From Candidatus Cloacimonadota bacterium (lineage in GTDB: Bacteria > Cloacimonadota > Cloacimonadia > G963667145): DNA of 64,000 nt. The notes below the pieces were generated by a model, which made no database searches, was not told the DNA's origin, and was given only the letters and a program-made list of their open reading frames with translations. Position 1 is the first letter of the stretch; each line of letters opens with the position of its first letter. Positions 22,029 through 33,269 of this stretch are shown here, one piece after another. Location of the stretch: NCBI GenBank assembly GCA_963667255.1, contig OY762940.1, positions 1,440,001-1,504,000 of the forward strand, given 5' to 3'. A program made the translations under genes and the position numbers.

Positions 22029-22120
22029 TTGCATATAGATCCTGTAAAGGCTATCGTCTCCTTTTGTGATAAACACAAATCGGTTGACAGATAGCCTTTT
22101 TTTTTGGTCTTGCTTGGGAT

Positions 22121-23158
22121 ATGAAAAAGATAATCCTCTGCTGTCTGTTGGCATTTACTTGCCTCTTTGCGACTGGGAAAAAGACTGTCCGCATCGTCGC
22201 TGTCGGCGATGTAATGCTCGGCACATCTTACCCCGCAACAAAATATCTGCCAGAAAATGTAACCAATCTCCTGCGACCACTGCAACAAACTTTAGCAAGT
22301 GCTGATGTTACTTTCGGCAATCTGGAAGGATGCTTCAGCGACAGTGCTTCCCCTGTAAAAATTGTCAAAGACAGCAGTAAGGCGTATTTGTTCCGAATGC
22401 CTTGCCACTACGCTGTGGAACTGCAAAAAGCGGGATTTGACCTGATGAGCATCGCCAACAACCATTCCCAAGATTTCGGGCAAAAGGGCATCGAAACCAC
22501 AAAGTCGATTATGGATTCCTTGGGAATTGCGGTGGCAGGAACTGAAAATTACCCAACCGCCATTATCGCCAGAGACAGTATCAGATATGGATTCTGTGCG
22601 TTCTCCGCCAACAAAGGAACGCTCTACATCAACGACTACAAAACATTAAAGAAAATCGTGAGCAATCTAAAAGAAAAAGCCGATATAGTGATTGTCTCGT
22701 TCCACGGTGGAGCGGAAGGAAACGGCTATCAACGGACTCCCGACAGCACAGAGATTTTCCTCGGAGAAAATAGAGGCTTCGTGAAAGAGTTCGCTCGCAA
22801 AGCCATAGATGCCGGAGCCGACCTCGTGCTCGGACACGGACCGCATGTCCCCCGCACTATCGACCTCTACAAAAACCGCTTCATCATCTACAGCCTCGGC
22901 AACTTCTGCACATTCGGGCGATTTAATCTGCGAGCTGCCAACGGAATCGCTCCCCTGCTGTCGCTACAGCTAACTCCACAAGGCGAATTTGTCAGCGGAA
23001 AAATCGTCCCCATTAAACAACTCGGAAGAGGCGTGCCACGAGTGGATTCTCAAAGAAAAGTGATACGAAATATGCAAAAACTCTTGGTAGAGGACGCTCC
23101 CAACTGCGGATTACAAATCGACGAAAACGGCAATATTACAAAGCTATCGGGAAATTAG
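22121..23158 (+). CDS. CapA/PGA_cap metallophosphoesterase
   Basis: VGDVMLG, GNLEG, IANNH, FHGG, GHGPHV, YSLGNF. Confidence 0.9.
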   Translation: MKKIILCCLLAFTCLFATGKKTVRIVAVGDVMLGTSYPATKYLPENVTNLLRPLQQTLASADVTFGNLEGCFSDSASPVKIVKDSSKAYLFRMPCHYAVELQKAGFDLMSIANNHSQDFGQKGIETTKSIMDSLGIAVAGTENYPTAIIARDSIRYGFCAFSANKGTLYINDYKTLKKIVSNLKEKADIVIVSFHGGAEGNGYQRTPDSTEIFLGENRGFVKEFARKAIDAGADLVLGHGPHVPRTIDLYKNRFIIYSLGNFCTFGRFNLRAANGIAPLLSLQLTPQGEFVSGKIVPIKQLGRGVPRVDSQRKVIRNMQKLLVEDAPNCGLQIDENGNITKLSGN

Positions 23159-24189
23159 TAGCGGACAATCCCCATGTCGCGAGTGGTCGCCGTGATGGTG
23201 CGAGCTATCCCCACAAGCGAAGAGATGATTTTGGCATAATCGGTGCGAAGCGGACTGAGCGTGCCGAGATAACCAGGAATCCCAAACAAATCGTATTTGG
23301 CATAAATCAGAACGAACTCATGCCAAGCGTTATCGGGCAAACTATCACCCAAAATAACCCCAGCTTTGTCGCTCGGGTCGTTCTCCTGCATAAGTTTGAC
23401 CAAAATCTCCTGACGACGCATCATGGCGAAAAAATTGAGAATGTTGTTTTTGCTGTCAAATTCCGGTTGCTCCAAAAAAGAGATATTGGCATCGAAATTC
23501 AAGAAATATCCGCCCATCTTGCTCAAGGCGTTATATAGTTCCCGCAAAAAAAGATTGAGCAACGAGTTTTCTTGGTTATTGGCAGAATCGAGCAGATACT
23601 TGGTCTGAATGTCATAAATCCGCAATCCCGAAAACTTCTGATTTACATAGCGAGTCAAGGCGTTCAACTGCTGAGTGGTAATCTGATAATCGCACTTCAC
23701 GAAAATGGTCTTGTCCAAACCGGAGCTGAGACTGACCACAAAGAGGAGCTTTACGGGAGAAATCTTGAAAACGCTAAGATTGCGAAGATATTCATAGCTA
23801 ATCTCAGGCTCGGCGACGAAGCACAATTGCCCCACGGAAGTAGCCAAAATCTGCAAAATATAGTCCAACATCGCTGTGGCATCCCGAAAATTATCGCACA
23901 CAATTCGCTTGAGCGTGTCGGTCTTTGCAAAGTCCAAATCGGAAAACTCGTTCTGACGAATGTACTCGCGATATCCAGCAATCGTGGGAATGCGACCAGC
24001 AGAGGTATGTGGCTGATAAATATAGCCCTTATCCTCGAGATGCACCAAGTCGCTGCGAATGGTGGCAGGACTCATATCGGGAAAATATTTGCTGCAAATC
24101 GTGCCGGAAGCCAACGGAGTTTGGCAAATATAATATTCCCAAATTAAACAATCTAATAATTTCTTTCGCCTAAAACTTTTTTTGTTCAT
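23155..24189 (-). CDS. hrcA: Heat-inducible transcription repressor HrcA
   Basis: SPATIRSDL..LE..GY..QPHTSAGRIPT..GYR; C-terminal P.R.DY. Confidence 0.9.
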   Translation of the reverse strand: MNKKSFRRKKLLDCLIWEYYICQTPLASGTICSKYFPDMSPATIRSDLVHLEDKGYIYQPHTSAGRIPTIAGYREYIRQNEFSDLDFAKTDTLKRIVCDNFRDATAMLDYILQILATSVGQLCFVAEPEISYEYLRNLSVFKISPVKLLFVVSLSSGLDKTIFVKCDYQITTQQLNALTRYVNQKFSGLRIYDIQTKYLLDSANNQENSLLNLFLRELYNALSKMGGYFLNFDANISFLEQPEFDSKNNILNFFAMMRRQEILVKLMQENDPSDKAGVILGDSLPDNAWHEFVLIYAKYDLFGIPGYLGTLSPLRTDYAKIISSLVGIARTITATTRDMGIVRY

Positions 24190-24330
24190 AAGACTAAAAT
24201 TACCTCTTGACCTTATTTTCTGCCAAGTTCAAGCTAAATCGATAGCTCGTCAAGAAATTTAGATAGTGATGTTGCGACGGCTGATAATTATGGCTTGACA
24301 AGATTTGCCAACGATTTTTAACAAAGAGAG

Positions 24331-25203
24331 ATGAAAACTTCTATCCGCTTTTTTGATGACCGAGAAGTCAGAGCCATTTGGGACAAACAAAGTGCCAAGT
24401 GGTGGTTTTCTGTGCTGGATATTATGGCAATGCTGACCGACCAAGATGATTATGCCAAAAACAGAAACTATTGGAAATATCTCAAAGCCAAGCTAAAGAA
24501 AGAAAAGAGTGAGTTGGTTAGTGCCACTACCCAACTGAAACTTTTAGCAAGTGATGGCAAACGATATTTGACCGATGTTCTCGACTACAACGGCATAATC
24601 TCTTTGGGAAAGCAATTTCCGAGCAAAAAAGCAAATCGCTTTTTGGAGTGGTTCACATTTAGTGCAGAGAATATCGACGACAAGAGCAAAGCCAAGGCTT
24701 ATGCCCTATTTGAGAGCTCATTCATCGACAGCATAGAGGTCGGGACTACTAATGGTTTGCAACAAATTCACGCCTATCTGTTTGGTGGTCTATACGATTT
24801 TGCAGGTCAGATAAGGCAAAAAAATATCTCCAAAGGTGGCTTTCAATTTGCTGTTGCTCGCTTCCTCGATAACACATTGCAAGAGATAGAAAAAATGCCA
24901 GAAAATAGTTTTGACGAGATTGTGGATAAATATATCGAGATGAATATTGCTCATCCTTTTATGGAGGGCAACGGCAGAAGCACTCGGATTTGGTTGGACT
25001 TGATTTTGAAAAGACGCTTAAAAAAATGTGTTGATTGGAGTAGGATAGGCAAAACCGAGTATATGACCGCTATGAGACTCAGCCCGACTGAGAGCAATGT
25101 GCTGAAGGCTCTTGTGAGAAATGCACTCACGGACAAAATAAGCGATAGAGAAATGTTTATGAGAGGAATAGATTATTCGTACTATTATGAGGAGAATGAG
25201 TGA
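24331..25203 (+). CDS. Fic AMP-transferase (class III-like) with N-terminal BRO-like domain
   Basis: [13 protein letters not shown]-terminal SYYYEE inhibitory-helix-like; N-term VRAIWD...WWFSVLD...RNYWKYLK. Confidence 0.9.
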   Translation: MKTSIRFFDDREVRAIWDKQSAKWWFSVLDIMAMLTDQDDYAKNRNYWKYLKAKLKKEKSELVSATTQLKLLASDGKRYLTDVLDYNGIISLGKQFPSKKANRFLEWFTFSAENIDDKSKAKAYALFESSFIDSIEVGTTNGLQQIHAYLFGGLYDFAGQIRQKNISKGGFQFAVARFLDNTLQEIEKMPENSFDEIVDKYIEMNIAHPFMEGNGRSTRIWLDLILKRRLKKCVDWSRIGKTEYMTAMRLSPTESNVLKALVRNALTDKISDREMFMRGIDYSYYYEENE

Positions 25204-25211
25204 GCAATTTC

Positions 25212-25316
25212 CTCGTTCCCAAGCTCCAGCTTGGGAATGCATACGAACTTAAAAATATACACTCCCAAGTCTATCAAGTATAATGAAATCGTGCTTGGCT
25301 GGAGCTTGGGAGCGAG
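25212..25316. repeat. REP/REPIN-like doublet, family A, with 29-bp insert in second arm
   Basis: ctcgttcccaagctccagcttgggaatgcata...actcccaag[insert]ctggagcttgggagcgag. Confidence 0.8.
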
Positions 25317-25325
25317 AGAATAAAT

Positions 25326-26033
25326 ATGAGAAATTTGATAGAAAAACAAAAAATCAAGCCAGTTGCAATTGCTAAATTTTCTAAAAAAAAATTCCTAAAA
25401 GATATACTTGAAAAAGAAGAGTTATTTTTTAACACAATAACTTATTTTTCAAAAAAAGAAAATGAAAATCATCAATTTGACCAATACGAAGGGATAAACA
25501 AAATTTATCAATCAAATAATGTAGTTGATTTAAAATTATTTGATAGGCATTTTAAAGTAAAAGATAATGGAAAACCTATAAAAATAAGATTATCTTCAAA
25601 TAATTATTTTACACATATATGCTGTTTTACATTTTTTACTAATGAAATTATTGAAATAAATGGTGAAAGAAAAGTTTTTGACCCTCAATTATTTGAGTTT
25701 GGTAATTATTTTATAGTGGGAATTGATATAAATGAAATTTTAAAAATAATTTCTTCTGCTTGTGAAATAGATAAAAATATTTTTAAATGGGAAATTAGTC
25801 CAGTTACTTATTATGATGTGAAAAAAATAAATGGAGACTGGAATATTTTTTGTAAGCCATTAAAGTACAGATATCAAAATGAAATAAGAGTTGCAATAGC
25901 AATAAATTCAAATAAAGAATTTAAATTAAAAGTATCTGGAATAAAAAAATATTTTTTGGACTTGATTTCTAAAAATGAATGCATAAATAAAATCATTGAT
26001 GATGTAGCAATTATTACAAAAAAACCAAATTAA
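25326..26033 (+). CDS. Hypothetical protein, very AT-rich
   Basis: 235-aa ORF; FCKPLKYRYQNEIR motif. Confidence 0.7.
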   Translation: MRNLIEKQKIKPVAIAKFSKKKFLKDILEKEELFFNTITYFSKKENENHQFDQYEGINKIYQSNNVVDLKLFDRHFKVKDNGKPIKIRLSSNNYFTHICCFTFFTNEIIEINGERKVFDPQLFEFGNYFIVGIDINEILKIISSACEIDKNIFKWEISPVTYYDVKKINGDWNIFCKPLKYRYQNEIRVAIAINSNKEFKLKVSGIKKYFLDLISKNECINKIIDDVAIITKKPN

Positions 26034-26059
26034 ACTACTATATACCAACAGGAAAACCA

Positions 26060-29000
26060 ATGAAATACAAAAACATTCGTGAAGAAGAGCTGAAGAACAA
26101 GGTCGGTGCTGACTGGTTTAACCATTTTGATACGACGGAGATAGTGGGCGATATAGACTTCACTGTGTTTCCGACGCAGAAGAGTATTTTCGAGAGGACA
26201 CCGCTGCTGTGGGCTGAGGCGAAGACTGGCGACTACGACATTACCACGATGTTTGCCCAGCTCATCTTGACTATCGGCAAAGCACGAACTTTTGACAAGA
26301 CGATGCCACCAGCTTTCCTTGGAGCTTTCGACTTTGGGAAAATCGCCTTTGTGCCTTACATAAATATTCAAGACATTTTCTATCTAAACGACTTCAACTG
26401 GAATGTAACTCCGAGCAATCACGAGAGCAAAGAGTTTTTGCTGATAAAGGAGCGGATAGAGTCGCTGAACCTCAACACCTACATCTATGACTATGAGAAA
26501 GACGAAAAAGAGCTGAAGAGTTTCATCAAAAATAACATCGCCAACGCAACTACGAGTAGTAAAATCAAGATAGATAAGAACAATTTTATTCCCATTTATC
26601 TGCGGTGGCTGGAGCATATCAAACCGATTATTGAGGTGAACTGGGACGAACTGAACAAAGCCAATATTCTGGACAGCGACTTCTACCTCGCCGACTTGTT
26701 TGTGGACGACCAAGACACGAGCAAGATAGACGATGATGTTACGATTCGCGACAATCTTTTTGTTGTCTTCCTAAATTCCGGCTACAAAATCGCCAAAGAG
26801 AACCTCAACCAAATGTTTGATGCGACTATCAATATCCGCAACAGAGACCTCTATCAGCAATTTTGGAAATATTACAAAAGACCACCACTGCAAGAGTTTC
26901 AGGATTACATCATCGAGCGGAGAGATTTGCTCGTTCCTCAAGACATCAGAGAGCGAAAGGGAGCATTCTTCACACCTCGTCAGTGGGTGGAGCTTTCCCA
27001 AAAATACCTTGGCGACTATCTCGGAGAGGATTGGCAAGACGAGTATTACATCTGGGATTGTGCAGCCGGCACTGGCAACTTGCTGGCTGGGCTCACCAAC
27101 AAATACCATATCTTTGCCAGCACCCTCGACCAAGCCGATGTGAGCGTGATGCACGAGCGGATAGACCACGGAGCTAACCTCTTGAAAAATCATGTTTTCC
27201 AGTTCGACTTCCTCAACGACGATTTCACTAAACTTCCCCAAAGTTTGCAAGAGATTATAAGCGACCCAGAGAAATGCAAAAAGCGGGAGCGTGCATTTAA
27301 TTGGGTCTAATTTCCACTCCTTTTGAATAATTATTGAACCAAATTTTCAAAAAATGATTCATATTTTTTTCAGATTTAAATCCGTCTAAATTTTTTAATT
27401 TCCTATTCAATTGTCGATTAATATTTTCAATTTTATTTGTTGTTTTATCCAAAAAATCGTAATGAAAATGAGCAGTTAATAAACCAAAGTTTCGATTAAT
27501 TGATTTAATAAAACGCTTATGAATTTTTAGGCGAAAAAATTTTTCATAGTGATTAAGCGAACTTAAATTATTTTCAGCTTCTTGTAAAGTTTCAGCATTT
27601 AAAATGCTCTTAATCAAGTTCTTAAAGAAAATATTTCGTCTAAAAAACTTACTCTTTTTTGTTTTAGGAACATTGATATTAACGCTTCTTAAATAATGAA
27701 CCAAGCAAATTTGATGTGGAACATCTTCAAAAAGTTGGTTAACTGGCTTAACAAAGCACTTCCCTCGCCCAAAATCTGACACAATCCCAATTATTTTGTT
27801 GTCATACATTTTTTTTAGTCTATTCAAAAAGTCTTCAGATGAACTACTATGTTCTCTATCATAAATCTTGTAATATATTGGTTTATCAAGTAGTTTGCTA
27901 CTGGCGACTAAGACAACTTTTCGCTTACCGTTTATCTTAATTTCCTTGCCATCAATATAAATTGTTGTCTCATCTATATTGCTGTGTAACACATTATCCT
28001 GATATAAATTAGCTCGCTGAGGTATCCAATTAAGAATACTATTTTTACAAATCCCATGTCTTTTAGCAACTTCAGAAAGAGAACTTTTGGTTGAAATATA
28101 GTCAGTAACAACCTTATCTTTGAATTTTGGTGCAAAATGAGTTCTCTTATTATATCCAAAATTGGTAAAACTTATTTGGCAATCTTTACAATAAAATCGT
28201 TGAGTTTTGACTTTAATTTTCCCACGATTAGTTGTTCTTTCAGAGAAAATATATCCCTTCTTTTTTGTGTTTAAGCTATCACAATTTGGACAGCGTTTTT
28301 TTTGATTATACTCATGGCATTTTAATAAATGTTCATAACTTATTCTGTCAAACATAATTAGGTCTTATTTCAGACCCAGTTATTTGCACACTCCCCAAAA
28401 AGCTGATAATCTATATCAATCCACCTTATGCGGAAGCAGCAACTGCCAAAACAGTAACAGGGACAGGCGAAAATAAAGCGGGAGTTACTATAGATTTCAA
28501 AATTAACGATTATTCCAAACCAAAAATTGGCAATGCTTCCAACGAAATTTTTGCTCTTTTTATGGCTAATATTTATGACAAAATTCCTAATTGTATTTTA
28601 GGACAATTTTCAACTATGAAATTTGTAAACGGCTCAAATTTTAGGAAATTTAAAGAGTTTTTTCTTGCAAAATATATTAGCGGTTTTGTTGCCCCTGCCG
28701 AAACTTTTGACAATGTAAAAGGAAAATTTCCAATAGGTTTCACTATTTGGGATACTGCTCAAAAAACAAAAATTGATACAATTTCAACTGATGTTTTTGA
28801 TAAAAATGCCAATTTTATTGGAATTAAAAATTTTTATGGCAATTTACCTGAAATTATTAATAAATGGATTGTTGATTATAGAAGTAATAGAGAAAGTATA
28901 GGCTATTTAACCACAAGAGGTAATGATTTTCAAAACAATAATTTTATTCAAATTATTAATCATAAAAAGTTAGTAAAAAGCAATAGAGGAGTTTCGATTG

Positions 29001-29617
29001 ATAAAATTAATTTGGTTTCTGTTTCCATATACTTGTCAGTTCGTCATTGCATAGAAGCAACTTGGCTCAACGACAGAGACCAATTCCTCTATCCGAACGA
29101 TAATTGGAAGAAAGACAAAGAGTTTCATAGCGATTGTTTGGCTTTCGCTCTATTTCACGGACAAAACAAAATTACTTCAAGCGACGAAACAAACCACTGG
29201 ATACCTTTCACGGAGAGCGAAGTTGATGCCAAGGAGAAGTTTGCCAGCAACTTTATGAGCGACTTCATCAGCGGTAAGCTGAAGATTGAGCAAGATGCCA
29301 ACCTGCTCTTTGCCGACGAAAGTGGCGACAAGCTCTACGACAACAAGCCAAGGGAGTTTTCCCCTGAGGCAAAAGCGGTCTTTGATGCGGGAAGAGAGCT
29401 TTGGCGGTATTACCACAGCCAACCCAGCTGCAATGTGAACGCAAGTTTCTACGACATTAGGGAGTATTTCCAAGGCAGAAACGACAAGGGGCGAATGAAC
29501 AGCAAGAGCGACGACGAAACCTATATGAGCCTCATCGGAGATTTGCGAGAAAAGCTGAAAATCCTCGCCGACAAAATCAAGCCCAAAGTTTACGAATACG
29601 AGTTCTTGAAAGAGTGA
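26060..29617 (+). pseudogene. Restriction-modification fusion/amino-methyltransferase (type IIG-like, 812 aa reconstructed) interrupted by IS copy 2
   Basis: GAFFTP and WDCAAGTGNL before the IS; removing the IS plus one TSD rejoins ...EKCKK-LIIYINPPY... in frame. Confidence 0.88.
27285..28395 (-). mobile_element. IS256-like insertion sequence, copy 2 (1111 bp; transposase 27297..28355)
   Basis: Same IRs and same protein as copy 1; perfect 8-bp TSD CAAAAAGC. Confidence 0.95.
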
Positions 29618-29626
29618 TGGAAAATT

Positions 29627-30613
29627 ATGAATAACAATATACTGCTGTATCAAGCACCTGATGGAAATATCAAAATCGATGTCCATTTGGAAGATGAAAC
29701 GGTTTGGCTTACTCAAGAGCAAATCGCCCAACTATTCGGCAAAGCCAAATCAACCATAAATGAGCATATCAAAAATATTTTTAAAGAAAATGAGCTAATA
29801 GAAGCTGATGTTTCAAAGAAATTCGGAAATTCCGAATTTCAGCAAAAAGCCCCTATTTATTACAATCTCGATGTCATTATCTCGGTTGGTTATCGTGTGA
29901 AATCGCCACAAGGAACGCAATTTCGTATTTGGGCGACCAAACGCATTCACGAATACATCGTCAAGGGCTTCACTATGGACGATGAACGCCTAAAACAAAA
30001 CGGAGCAAGGTCTCGCTATTTTGAAGAACTATTACAAAGAATCAGGGATATTCGTAGTAGTGAGCGAAATTTTTATCAAAAAATAACCGATATTTATGCC
30101 ACCAGTATCGATTACATAAAAGACGATGAGCAAACCAAGAAATTTTTTGCAACTGTGCAAAACAAGATGCATTATGCTGTTCACGGGCTGACAGCTGCCG
30201 AAATGATAAACAGCAGAGTTGATGCAAAAAAGCCGTTCCTCGAATTGACTAACTTCAGCGGTAACTATATAACTCAAAAAGATATTGGCATAGCAAAGAA
30301 TTATTTGTCCGAAAATGAATTGAAACAACTCAACTTAATTGTGACATTGTATCTTGATTTTGCGGAATTACAGGCTACAAATGGACGATTAATGAAAATG
30401 AGCGATTGGATCCAAAAATTGGACGACTTCTTGAAAATCAGTGAAAAAGAGTTGCTCAAAAATGCTGGAAGTGTAAGCCACAAACAAGCAATTGAAAAAG
30501 CGAATGCCGAATACAAAAAATTTAGAGAAGCGGAAAACAAAAATTACATATCAGATTTTGACAGAGAAATAAAGAAACTCGTAGAAGAGAGTAAGGAAAA
30601 CCACAAGGAGTAA
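29627..30613 (+). CDS. RhuM-family (virulence RhuM) DNA-binding protein
   Basis: ETVWLTQEQIAQLF, YNLDVIISVGYRVKS, FRIWAT, RIRDIRSSE, VQNKMHYAVHG.TAAE. Confidence 0.92.
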   Translation: MNNNILLYQAPDGNIKIDVHLEDETVWLTQEQIAQLFGKAKSTINEHIKNIFKENELIEADVSKKFGNSEFQQKAPIYYNLDVIISVGYRVKSPQGTQFRIWATKRIHEYIVKGFTMDDERLKQNGARSRYFEELLQRIRDIRSSERNFYQKITDIYATSIDYIKDDEQTKKFFATVQNKMHYAVHGLTAAEMINSRVDAKKPFLELTNFSGNYITQKDIGIAKNYLSENELKQLNLIVTLYLDFAELQATNGRLMKMSDWIQKLDDFLKISEKELLKNAGSVSHKQAIEKANAEYKKFREAENKNYISDFDREIKKLVEESKENHKE

Positions 30614-30617
30614 AATC

Positions 30618-32406
30618 TTGAAAATCATCAAATATCTACTGGTTATAGTATTCATTGTGACTATTATGTTTGTGTTGTCTTTTAGCAATAATGATGGAAA
30701 TGAAATCTTTTTCCATAATGGTCGAATGACGATGGAACAACGAGTAGCAAAACCTGTCATATACCTATATCCTAAAAAGCGGACTAAAATTCGAGTTAAG
30801 TTGGATTGTGAGGGCAAGTTATTTTGCACTTATCCCCAATATAACGATGGTTGGGAAGTAACAGCCGAACCGAATGGCACTCTCCACGATTCCGAGGATA
30901 AAGAATACTCATATCTATTTTGGGAAGCTATCTCAGATTATAAATGGAACATCAAAGAGGGCTTTGTAATCAAAGGAAGCCATACGGCAGAGTTCTTGGA
31001 AAAATCGCTAAAAGAATTGGGATTGACACCCAGAGAATATAACGAATTCATCGTGTATTGGCTACCGAAGATGCAAGAAAATGAATACAATCTGATACAC
31101 TTTGCCGGCAAAGAATATGAAAAATTGGCTAAATTGTCAATCAAGCCAAAGCCTGACAATATCTTGCGTGTTTTTATGGTATATAAGCCATTAGAAAACC
31201 CGATTGAAATCAAGCCACAAATATTAAAAAAAGGGAGTGTGCAAATAACTGGGTCTGAAATAAGACCTAATTATGTTTGACAGAATAAGTTATGAACATT
31301 TATTAAAATGCCATGAGTATAATCAAAAAAAACGCTGTCCAAATTGTGATAGCTTAAACACAAAAAAGAAGGGATATATTTTCTCTGAAAGAACAACTAA
31401 TCGTGGGAAAATTAAAGTCAAAACTCAACGATTTTATTGTAAAGATTGCCAAATAAGTTTTACCAATTTTGGATATAATAAGAGAACTCATTTTGCACCA
31501 AAATTCAAAGATAAGGTTGTTACTGACTATATTTCAACCAAAAGTTCTCTTTCTGAAGTTGCTAAAAGACATGGGATTTGTAAAAATAGTACTCTTAATT
31601 GGATACCTCAGCGAGCTAATTTATATCAGGATAATGTGTTACACAGCAATATAGATGAGACAACAATTTATATTGATGGCAAGGAAATTAAGATAAACGG
31701 TAAGCGAAAAGTTGTCTTAGTCGCCAGTAGCAAACTACTTGATAAACCAATATATTACAAGATTTATGATAGAGAACATAGTAGTTCATCTGAAGACTTT
31801 TTGAATAGACTAAAAAAAATGTATGACAACAAAATAATTGGGATTGTGTCAGATTTTGGGCGAGGGAAGTGCTTTGTTAAGCCAGTTAACCAACTTTTTG
31901 AAGATGTTCCACATCAAATTTGCTTGGTTCATTATTTAAGAAGCGTTAATATCAATGTTCCTAAAACAAAAAAGAGTAAGTTTTTTAGACGAAATATTTT
32001 CTTTAAGAACTTGATTAAGAGCATTTTAAATGCTGAAACTTTACAAGAAGCTGAAAATAATTTAAGTTCGCTTAATCACTATGAAAAATTTTTTCGCCTA
32101 AAAATTCATAAGCGTTTTATTAAATCAATTAATCGAAACTTTGGTTTATTAACTGCTCATTTTCATTACGATTTTTTGGATAAAACAACAAATAAAATTG
32201 AAAATATTAATCGACAATTGAATAGGAAATTAAAAAATTTAGACGGATTTAAATCTGAAAAAAATATGAATCATTTTTTGAAAATTTGGTTCAATAATTA
32301 TTCAAAAGGAGTGGAAATTAGACCCAATTAAATGCACGCTCCCTTAAAAAAATTCGATAGAAAAGGATTTGTTGTCATTGAATGGGGTGGCACAGAGATT
32401 GAATAA
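30618..32406 (+). pseudogene. KPVIYLYP...EWGG-family exported protein interrupted near C-terminus by IS copy 3
   Basis: Removing the IS restores ...KPQILKK-FDRKGFVVIEWGGTEIE*. Confidence 0.82.
31233..32343 (+). mobile_element. IS256-like insertion sequence, copy 3 (1111 bp; transposase 31273..32331)
   Basis: Same IRs; 9-bp TSD TTAAAAAAA; one I>T substitution (NSILNW>NSTLNW). Confidence 0.95.
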
Positions 32407-32411
32407 CTAAC

Positions 32412-33269
32412 CTAAACCAACTCTCCTGTCATACTCAATCTCTTAACTCCTTGCAATCCCAACACTTCGATGTCATCGTTTGTTAGAGCATCTTCTGGGA
32501 TTAAGCCTATCACTTCCGATTGCGGAACAATGTCCGTTCCTGAAATCATCTCACAAATCTTGTCGTAAACCACACGCATAGAAGTCTGCCGATAATCGGT
32601 CAAATTCATAGAAACCTGCACGATATCCTGTCGAGGCAGGTAAATCCCCAACGCCTTAACCCCTGCCAATCCCCCACTGCTCTCACGCAACCTTTTGGCA
32701 ATCTTCTTGGCAAAAGCCAAATCTCCACCAAGCAAATTGACATTCCAAGCTATCAAAAATCCCCGTGCGGAAATCGCCGTCGCTCCTGCTGTGGAGTGCT
32801 TTTTATCTCCAAAATCGTAAATACCGTCTCTCAAACCGCTGAAACCATTTTTGCGAAAATTCGCCAAGCGGTTTCTATGCTCGGCATAATCGTAAACCAC
32901 TGACGGCACAGCGAACTCTCGCCACAGCATCTCGCCAAGCTCCCTGCTCAACTGCATCGCATCCGACAGCTTGGCATCTCCCAGAGGCACTATCGGCAAT
33001 ACATCCAAAGCCCCCACACAAGGATGCACTCCCTCGTGGGTTCGCATATCCACCAAATCTATCGCCAAAGCCATCATCTTGCGGACAGCATTTTTTATGG
33101 TTTGCTCCGTGCCTGTCATCGTGAAAACGGAGCGATTGTGGTCAATGTCCGCCGAATAGTCCAAAAAATTGACACCTGTCTCCACCAAACCATTGGCAAT
33201 CACCTCAACTACAGACAAATTTCGCCCCTCAGAAACATTGGGAACGCACTCGAACAGTTTATCAGCCAT
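32412..33269 (-). CDS. ftcD: Glutamate formimidoyltransferase (stand-alone FT domain)
   Basis: ECVPNVSEGR, DHNRSVFT, HEGVHP..GALD, QVSMNLTDY. Confidence 0.9.
   Translation of the reverse strand: MADKLFECVPNVSEGRNLSVVEVIANGLVETGVNFLDYSADIDHNRSVFTMTGTEQTIKNAVRKMMALAIDLVDMRTHEGVHPCVGALDVLPIVPLGDAKLSDAMQLSRELGEMLWREFAVPSVVYDYAEHRNRLANFRKNGFSGLRDGIYDFGDKKHSTAGATAISARGFLIAWNVNLLGGDLAFAKKIAKRLRESSGGLAGVKALGIYLPRQDIVQVSMNLTDYRQTSMRVVYDKICEMISGTDIVPQSEVIGLIPEDALTNDDIEVLGLQGVKRLSMTGELV

Noticed and set aside
25018..25242. Short ORFs sharing HSQAGAWERG (also 37952-38173)
   Set aside because: Translation of the REP palindrome, not a protein family
16799..28395. Composite transposon or inversion bounded by IS copies
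   Set aside because: Copies 2 and 3 each have their own perfect TSD and copy 1 a near match, so the insertions were independent
28562..29617. Stand-alone 351-aa gene
   Set aside because: C-terminal fragment of the IS-split R-M gene
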